64,000 bases of DNA, from NCBI GenBank assembly GCA_963832165.1, contig CAWHTE010000002.1:64001-128000 (forward strand), read 5' to 3'. The DNA is from an uncultured delta proteobacterium. GTDB taxonomy: Bacteria; Myxococcota_A; UBA9160; SMWR01. A program made the translations under genes and the position numbers. The notes under the pieces are model-generated. The model was given only the letters and a program-made list of their open reading frames with translations. It had not been told where the DNA came from and made no database searches. Positions 50,922-59,900 of this stretch are shown here, piece after piece; position 1 is the first letter of the stretch; each line of letters begins with the position of its first letter.

Positions 50922-53900
50922 TCATTCGCGCTTCGCGCGCAGCTCCTCGAAGCGCGCGCGCGCGGCGGGGAGCTGTTCGAGGTCGTACTGGTCGAAGCGC
51001 AGCACGATGCCGCGCGCGTCGTGCTCGGAGACGGTGATCCAGGGCGTCTCGAACGCGCCGCCGTCGCGCGTGCCGACCCAGGCGCCGATCCAGATCAGTC
51101 CGCGCTGCGACATCTCGGCGTGGTCGAGGCGCAGCTGCGTATCCGGGGCGAGGTCGACGAGCGAGTGGAGCGTCCGTACGTAGTCCGCGGTGCTGCGCAC
51201 CGTCTCCCAGCCGAGCAGGCGGTGGTCTTCGACGACGAGGTCGGGCGCCATGCGCGCCGCGAGCGCATCCCAGTCGCGGAGCGCGAACGCGTCGAGGAAC
51301 GCGTGCATCGTGCCGGCGATGTGCGGGAACGCGGCGGCCTCGCCGGTCGCATAGCGCGCGTCGAGCTCGGCGGTGGGCGAGCGCGGCGTCGCGAGCTCCG
51401 CAAACCGCGCGCGCGCGGCGGAGAGCTGTTCGGGGTCATAGATGTCGTCGTGACCGATGGTCCCGTCCGGCCCGAGCGCGAATACGTTCGTGGAGTGGAC
51501 CTCGAAGGGGTCTTCCAGTTCGTCGGCGACCCAGTGGGTCACGACGAGTGCCGCGCGGTCAGCGAGTTCAACGTGATCGGCGCGCGTGGAGACATCGGGC
51601 CGCAGCTTGATCAGCGTCCGGACGGAGTCGACGATGAGCTTGGAACCGTGCGTGGTTCCGCTTCCCTCGTCGCGGTGATCCTCGCGGATGTAGTCCGGAG
51701 AGAACCGGGAGGGAAGCGCGCCCCAGTTCCGCTCCGAGATCGCGCTCTGCATGCTCGAGATGGCCGCCCACATCTCGGGGTGCTCGGCGGCCTCACCCAC
51801 GGCATAGCGGCGATCGAGCTCGGCATAGGCAGCGTCGAGCGCGTTGGGGTCGAATCGCACGTTCGCCACGCGCTGGCCGTGCGCGTCCACCTCGCACACG
51901 ATCAGCGAATCGATCTCGCTCGGCCCGATCGAGGCGCTTCCGATCGATCCGCCGGCGACTTCGACGAGCATCCGGGAGAGCGCCAGCCGCTCGCCGCGCG
52001 TGGCCAGGATCTCGGACGAGATCCGCGACGTGGCCATGTCGAAGAGCGGCCGCGCGAACTCGAACCAATGCTCGAGACCGATGTCGAGCTGCATCAGGCT
52101 GCGCTGGTCGATGTATCGGAATCCGGGCGCGTAGAGGGCGGTGACGGCCTTCCAGTCGCGCGCCGACCAGGCGAGCGCGAAGCGCTCGATCGACCGCGTC
52201 GCGGCGCTCTCGACCGCTCGTGCCGGGACGGCCGGCGCTTCCACCTCGGCGAATCGCGCGCGCGCGGCGGCGATCTGCTCGAGGCTGTAGTGGTGTGCGC
52301 GGTTGACCTGGCCGTTGCGGCTGAACCCGAACACGGTGACGACGGGAATCTCGAACGCTCCGGCAGCCTGGCTGCCGATCCAGCTGGCCACGAACAACGC
52401 CGCGCGATCGCCGAGCACGACGTGATCCACGCGCAGCGTCACGTCGGGCGCGACGTCGGAGAGCGAGCGCACCGCGGCCACGTATTCCGCGGGTGAATTT
52501 GCACTGCCCCAGCCGAACAGGCGGTGGTCCTCGGCGAAGAGATCCGGGGAGAAGAGCGCCATGATCCGGCCCCACTCACCGGCCTCGAGGACGCCTCGCA
52601 GACTCGCGAGCGCCGTCCACGTCGCGGGATGCTCTGTGGCCTCGCCTGCCCCATAGCGCGCATCGAGCTCGGCGTAGGCCTCGTCGCGCGCGTCCAGATC
52701 GAAGCGAGCACCGGCCACGGCCTTGCCGGCGGGGTTCACCTGCCAGACCGCGAGCGAGGAGATCTCGCTCGGGCCAATCGAGCCATCGGCCACCTCGGTG
52801 CACATCCGGGCCAGCGCGAGCCGATCGCCGCGCGTGGCGATGATTTCCGCCACGACGCGCGACGACTTCATCTCGAACAGGGGGCGCTGGAACTCGAGCT
52901 GCTCTTCGAGGTCGAACTCCAGCTGCACGATCGAGCGGCGGTCGCTCATCCGCATTTCGGGCGCGTAGACCGCGCGCACGGCCTCCCAATCGCGCGCGGC
53001 CCAGGCCTGCACGAACTGGTCGAGCGAGCGCGTCGCGGCGTTCTCGACCAGCCGCGGCGGTGCCACCGGAGCCACGAGCTCGTCCAGGCGCGCGAGTGCG
53101 GCGTCGCGCTCGTCGGCGTCATAGTTCTCCCATTGGGCAAGGCGCCCGTTCGCGTCGAAGACGTAGAGCGCGACGGGATGGCTGCGGAACGGGACGCCTC
53201 TCTGTTCGCCCTCGAGAGTTCTGTGCACGAGCAGCGCGTCGGGGCGCAGCGCGAGGATCTCGTCGGTCGGCGTGGCGGTGAAGGTGATCGACTCTGCCAC
53301 ATCGCGGACCCCGCGGCGGACCGTCACCAAGCCGCGCGCGGAACCCCAGCCGAGCAGACGGTGATCCCGGTATTGCACGTCGAGCGCGAGCAGGTTGGCG
53401 ATCGCATCGGGATCGAGTGGGGCGAGCATCACCGGGATCGCGCGCGCGATCGCAGTGGCGCGTCTGCGCTCAGCGCCCTCCGGCTGCTCGCTCGCATAGC
53501 GCTCGTACAGCTTCGCGATCGCATCGCTGAGGCGATCGACTGCGAAGACCTCGGCGTACGCGATCCGCCCCTGCTCGTCGGCCTCGAGCACGTCGAGCTC
53601 GTCGATCAGATAGGATCCGACGTCGAGCGTTGCGCCCGCGAAGCCGGTCGCCGAGATGGTCCGACGGAACAGGCCGAGCGAGTCGCCCAGGATCGCGAGC
53701 GGCTCGTGCAGGGACTGGGGCTCGCGCGCCTTCATCAGGGAGCGGAAGCTCGCGATCCACCCCTCGCGGTCGAAGGTCGTCCCCGTCTTGTGGTCGAGGA
53801 TCACGGCGCGTTCGGCGACCAGCTCGACCAGGGCGTCGGTGTTGCGCAGCGCGATCGCTTCGTCGACACGCGCGGTGTGTGCAGTCGCCGCATTGGCGGG

Positions 53901-56900
53901 GAGCGGGCGCGACGGTGTCGGTGCCTCTGTGAGCTCCTCGAAGCGCGCTAGCGCCTCGTCGCGGCGGTCGACGTCGAGCCACTCGACGAAGGTCGCGAGA
54001 CCGTGGGCGCCGAACACCCGCAGCGACAGGTATTGGGCCTCGTAGGCGCCCCCACTCGCGCGGTCCGTTCCGCTCTCGTGCCATTCGATCAGGAGCCTCT
54101 CGGGCCGCACCGCGACGACATCAACGACGTCGAAGGTCAGGTCCGCGACGGTATCGAACCAGATGCCGATTCCGCGGTGTACCGCGTCTGCGCCGCGCGT
54201 CGTTCCGAGCGACACCACGCTGCGCCGGTCGCGGAAGATGACGTCGCGAGCGAAGATCGTGGCGAAGCGTTCGGCGTCCGCAGGTCCGTGCCACACCGCG
54301 AGCGTGCGCGCGGTAGCCGCTGCGCGCGTGCGCTCGGGGCCTTCGGGCAGCAGCTCGACATGGCGCTCGTACAGCCGCACGAGCGCGTCGCCGAGCCGGT
54401 CGGACGCGAAGATCTCGCAGTGCGTCAACCGACCCGCGGCGTCGACGTCGAAGATGGTGATGTTCTCGAGCTCGTAGGGTCCGACGTCGACGGTCTCCCC
54501 CGTGAATCCGCTCGCAGCGGCGCTCGTGCGACACAGCGCGAGCGAGTCGCCGAGCGTGGCGATCGGCTCGGTGCGGTGGACCGGATCGCGCGCGCGCAGG
54601 AGCGAGCGCCAGCTGTCCAGCATGCCCTGCCGGCCGAACTCCGTGCCGGTCGAGCGATCGACGAACTCGCAGGGATCGGCGAGGGTTTCGTCGAGCCCCT
54701 GGAGGTCGCGCGCCGCGATCGCGGTATCGAGCCGCGCCGCGTAGGCGCTCGCGGTGTTCGGCCGCACGCTGCGTCTCGGCGGCGTCGGCTCGGCAACCAG
54801 CGCGTCGAAACGCGCGAGCGCGTCGTCCGCGTGCTCGGCGTCGAACTGCTCGACGCGAGACACGAGGCCCGCGGCATCGAAGATCCAGATGAAGATGAAC
54901 CTGCGCTCGAACGTGCTCCCGCTCGCGCGCAGGGTGCCCCTGCTCGTGGATCGACACAGAAGGGCGTTGGACCGCACATCGATCACGTCGTCCATCCGGA
55001 AGACGACGCCGTCAGCGATCTCAGCGAGCTTTCGCGCCCAGTCGAGAAATGCCGCGGCACCCCGGATCGAGCCGATTCCGACCAGGCTCCGGTGGTCGAC
55101 CCACTCGACATCCGGCGCGAAGAGCGCTGCGCTTCGCGCGAGATCCATCGGCCCCGTGATGACCGTGATCGCGCGCGCAATCGCCAGGCATCTCGCGCGT
55201 CCGGGGCCGGGCGGCTCCAGCTCGGCGTAGCGCGCGTACAGGCGTGCGATCGCGTCGCCGAGGCGATCTTCCGAGAAACTCTCCGCTCGCGAGCGGCGGC
55301 CCTCGCGGTCGGCCTCGATCAGCACGAGGTGGTGGTTCTCGTAGGCGCCGACGTCGAAGCCCCCGCTCTCGAGAGCGCTCGCGGACGCGGACACGTGCAG
55401 GAGTGCGAGCGAGCCGCCGAGCGTGGCCACCGGCTCGTGTGCAGTCTTCGGATCGCGCGCCTTCATGTGGATCTGGAACGAGGTGAGCGCGCCCTGGCGA
55501 TCGTACGTGATGCCGGTCGGGTGATGGATATGGAGCGTATCGTCCGTGAACACCTGCTCGGCCGCAGACAGGTCGCGTGCTGCCATGGCAGCGTCGTAGC
55601 GCGCGCCGTTGGCAGTAGCGGCGTTGGGCCGCACGCGCCGCGCCCGGCGGCGCGGCGCGGCGGTGAGCTCGTCGAAGCGCGCGAGCGCCTCCTGCTCCTG
55701 GGTCAACTCGAAGAGCTCGAGGCGCGTCTGCAAGCCGTCGCTGCCGAAGACCATCAGGGAGATGGAGGGCGATTCGAAGCGACCGCCTCCGTCGCGCGCG
55801 GTCCCGGCAAACATCGTGCGCACGAGCAGCGCACTCGGACCCAGCCCGAGGATTTCATCGATGTGGTTCTCGATGTCGTCGGCGACCGCGAACCAGGAGC
55901 GGAACATCTCCAGCACGGCCTCGGGGCCGCGCGCGAAGAAGCTGCCGAGCTTGCGGCGGTCCACCATCTCGATCGCGGGCGAGTAGGCCGCCGTATAGCG
56001 CTCGAGGTCGTAGCCGCCCACCACGACCGCCCCAACCGAGCGCGCGGTCGAGGCAGCGCGCGCGCGCTCGGGGCCTTCGGGCAGGATCTCGGCATAGCGT
56101 TCGTATAGGCGCGTGACGGCGGCGCCGAGGCGGTCCGGCGCGAATCGCTCGGCGTAGCGCTGAAGGCCTTCCGCGTTGCTCTCGCTCAGCGTGAACATCT
56201 CGTTTGCGAAATCGCCGACATCGATCTGGGAGCTCTTGACTCCGCTCGCGGAGGTCGCGATCCGAGCCAGTGCGAGCGAGTCGCCCAGCGTTGCGAGCGG
56301 CTCGACCCGGTAGGACAGGTCGCGGCCCGCGAGCACGGCGTGCAGGCTGGCGAGGATCTCGCGCCGGCCGTAGGTGATGCCGACCTCGTGATCGAGCACC
56401 TCCGTGTCGTCGCTGTAGAGCGCAGCGATCTCCTCTTCGTCTCGTGCGGCGACTGCGCGCTCCACGCGGGCCAGGTGCGTGGTCGCCCCATTGGGTCGCA
56501 CGCGGCGCGCAGGGCGGGCCGACGGCGAGGTCGACGCGTCGAAGGCCGCGAGCGCCGCGTCGATCTGATCCGGCTCGAACATCTCGAAGCGCGCGAGCCG
56601 CCCGTCGGGGCCCGCGACCGAGAGCGAGAGGTAGGGGCGCTCATAGGCGCCGCCGCTCGCGCGCAGGGTGCCGAAATTGGTCTGGCGGACCAGGCACGCA
56701 TCCGGTCGCAGCGCGAGGATGTCGTCGAAGCGGTTCGCGGCGTCCGGGGCGAGCTCGAGCAGCGATCGAACCGCGTTCAGGAAGAGCTCCGGTCCGCGCC
56801 CTTGTCCGGCCCCGACGGTGCGGTGATCGAAGCTCTCGATGTCCGGCGCCAGGCTCGCGGCATACCGCTCGGTATCGACCCGCCCCACGTTGTTCGCCAC

Positions 56901-59900
56901 CGCGCGTGCGAACGCCGCCGCGCGCGTGCGCTCGGCGCCTTCGGGAAGCAGCTCCGCGTAGCGCTCGTACAGGCGCACGATCGCGTTGCCGAGCCGGTCC
57001 GCGCGGAAGCGCTCGGCGCGCAGCTGATGGCCGTCCGAGGAGACCATGTTCAGCGTGATCTCCTCGCTCGAGTAGCTCGCGACGTCGACCTCGCCACCGG
57101 CCACGCCACTCGCGGACACCGAAAGGCGCGTGAGCGCGAGCGAGTCGCCCAGCGACGCGAGTGGCTCGACGCGGTAGGACAGGTCGCGCGAGGCGAGCAA
57201 CGCACGGATCGCGGAGATCGTGTCGCGCTTGACGAAGGTGGTACCCGCGAGATGATCGACGACCTCCGTGTCGTCGGGGAAGAGCTCGGCGCACGCTGCG
57301 ATGTCTCGCGCGGCGACCGCGCTCTCGAGGCGGGCTTGCTGGACCGTAGCCGTGTTCGGCCGCACGCGGCGCGCGGGGCGCGCCGGCTCGGAGGTCAGCG
57401 CGTCGAAGCGCGCGAGCGCGTCCGACTCGCGGTCGGGATCGAACTGCTCGGCGCGCGAGACGAGGCCATTGGCATCGAAGATCCAGATCGACACGAACGG
57501 CCGCTCGAAGGAGCCACCGCTCGCGCGATCGGTGCCCGACGACGTGGCGCGGAACAGCAGCGCGTCGGCGCGCAGGTCGATCACGTCTTCCAGGCGGATC
57601 GCCGCCTGGTCGGCGGCGTCCGTGAGCGTGCGGATCCACTCGAGAGCGGCGGCGGACCCCTTGATGGATCCCATGCCGATCAAACTCCGGTGATCGACCC
57701 ACTCGATGTCCGGCGCGAGGATCGGCGCGCGGAAGCGGTCGAGATCGACCGGCCCGGCCAGCGCCGTGATCGCGCGCGCGATCGCGGCGGCGCGATCGAT
57801 CGCAGCGGCCGTCCTCTGTTGTTCCGCATGGCGCTCGTAGAGCCGAACGATCGCGTCGCCAAATCGATCGGGGGAGAACATCTCGATGCGGCGGTACCGC
57901 CCGGCGGCATCGGCCTCGAGCAGGAGAATTCGCGCGCCGTCGTAGGCGCCCACATCGAAGCCGCCCCCGGCCACCGACGGCCCAGACACGGAACAGCGAC
58001 AGAGCGCGAGAGAGTCGCCGAGCGTTGCGAGCGGCTCCTGCCTCACGAGTCCTTCGGCACGCAGCAGGATGCGCATCGTGGCGAGCGATTCCGCGCGGCC
58101 GTGGGTCACTCCCGTGGCGTGGTCGATGATTTCGACGTCGTCGGCCTGCAGCGCAGCGTAGGCGTCGACGTCGTGCGCGGCATAGGCCGCGTCGACGCGC
58201 GCGGCGACCGCGGTGGCCGCGTTCGGCCGCACGCGGCGCGAGGGGCGCGCCGGCGGCCCGGCCGTCAGCACGTCGAAGCGCGCGAGCGCGTCGGCCTCGC
58301 GGTCCGAGTCGAACACCTCGAAGCGCGAGACCCGGCCATCGGCCCCAAACACCGCGAGGGAAACGACATCGCGCTCGAACGCGCCGCCGCCGTCGCGCGC
58401 GATTCCCGAGAACGCCCCCCGGAATACGTACGCGTCGGGGCCCAGGTCGAGGATCTCGTCCGTGCGGATCTGCAGCTCGTCGCCGAGCCCGGTCCAGGAG
58501 CGGAAGTTCGCTTCCACAGCGACCGATCCACGCGCGGAGGAAGTGCCGAGGATGCGATGGTCCGTGAACACGATGTCCGGGGCGAGGCCGGCGGCATAGC
58601 GCTCGGGATCGTAGGGACCGAAGTGGGGGAAGCGCGCGATCACCGCCGCCCGCGCGCGCTCGAGGCCTTCGGGCAGCGATTCCGCATAGCGCTCGTAGAG
58701 ACGCGCGACGGCGTCGCCGAGCCGGTCGGCAGCAAAGCTCTCGAAGCGCGATGCTCGCTGCCCTTCCGCGCCGGCTTCGACCACGACGATCGCGGGCATC
58801 TCGTACGGGCCCACGCTCGCGTGCTGCCACCGGTTGCCGCTCGCGGCGATCGATTGGCGACACAGCGCGAGCGACTCGCCGAGCGTGGCGAGCGGCTCGA
58901 GCCGGTACGAGAAGTCGTCGCTGCGCCAGAGGCGGCGAGTGCTTTCGAGGGTGGCCATGCCGCTGTCCCAGGAGAGGCCGGTCGGATGGTGGACCACCTC
59001 GAAACCCTCGATCGCCGCCAGCATGGCGTCTTCGTCGCGAGCTCGGACCGCGGCTTCGATGCGCGCGGCGGCGGCGGTGGCGGCGTTCTCGCGGACGCGG
59101 CGGCGCGCGGGGGGTGCCGGGGTCGGTCCGCGCAAGGCGGGATCCGCCTTCGGCTCCTCCCGCCCTACGTGGCCGTGAACACCGGCGTCCACCGCAACGT
59201 CATGAGTAGGGCGGGAGACCGGAGCGATCCCGCCATCCCGCGCGCCCTCGCGCGCGCGCTCGACGAGCAGCGTCGCGCCCTTCGTCTCCCAGAGCGAGGT
59301 CGCGCGTGCCTCCTCCGCCGCGGCTTCGCTGCGCCGGCCCGCCGCGCGCAGCGCCGCCGCGAGCGCGGTGCGCGCTTCGGCGTGCCAAAGCAGCGCGTCG
59401 GTTGCCGCCGCGGTCTCGACGGCCGCGCGCGCGAGCTCGACCGCCCTCTCCGGCTCGCCGCGGCGCGCGAGCGCCTCGGCGCGCACATCGCGCCAGGCGA
59501 TCGCGGAGTGCAGATCGTCGCCCGCGAGCGCCTCGCTCTCGTGAGAGATCGCCTCGGCTTCGGCGGCGCGATCCTGCGCGAGCAACGCGCGGCCAAGCTG
59601 AGCGGCGCATTGCGCCGCGTCGCTGCCGAGCCCGAGCTCGCGCATGCCGTCGTACGCGGCGCGCAGACAGCGTTCGGCCGCGACGGGGTCGCCTTCGATC
59701 AGCTCGATCTCGCCCGCGAACTGATCCGCCTGGAGCAGGCGGTGGGTGATCCCGAGCTCCTCGACCATGCGTCGCGACGAGGCGATCATGCGGCGCGCGG
59801 CCTCGCTGCGACCGCGCAGCGCCTCGAGCACGCCCTGACACCGCAGTGCGACGGCTTCCACGGCCGGTGAGCCCTGCGTGATGCGCAGAACGCGCACGAC

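Noticed and set aside
20345..59236. 35-bp repeat as a CRISPR array
   Set aside because: Copies are dispersed, occur in both orientations and are separated by whole genes; no regular spacers and no cas genes
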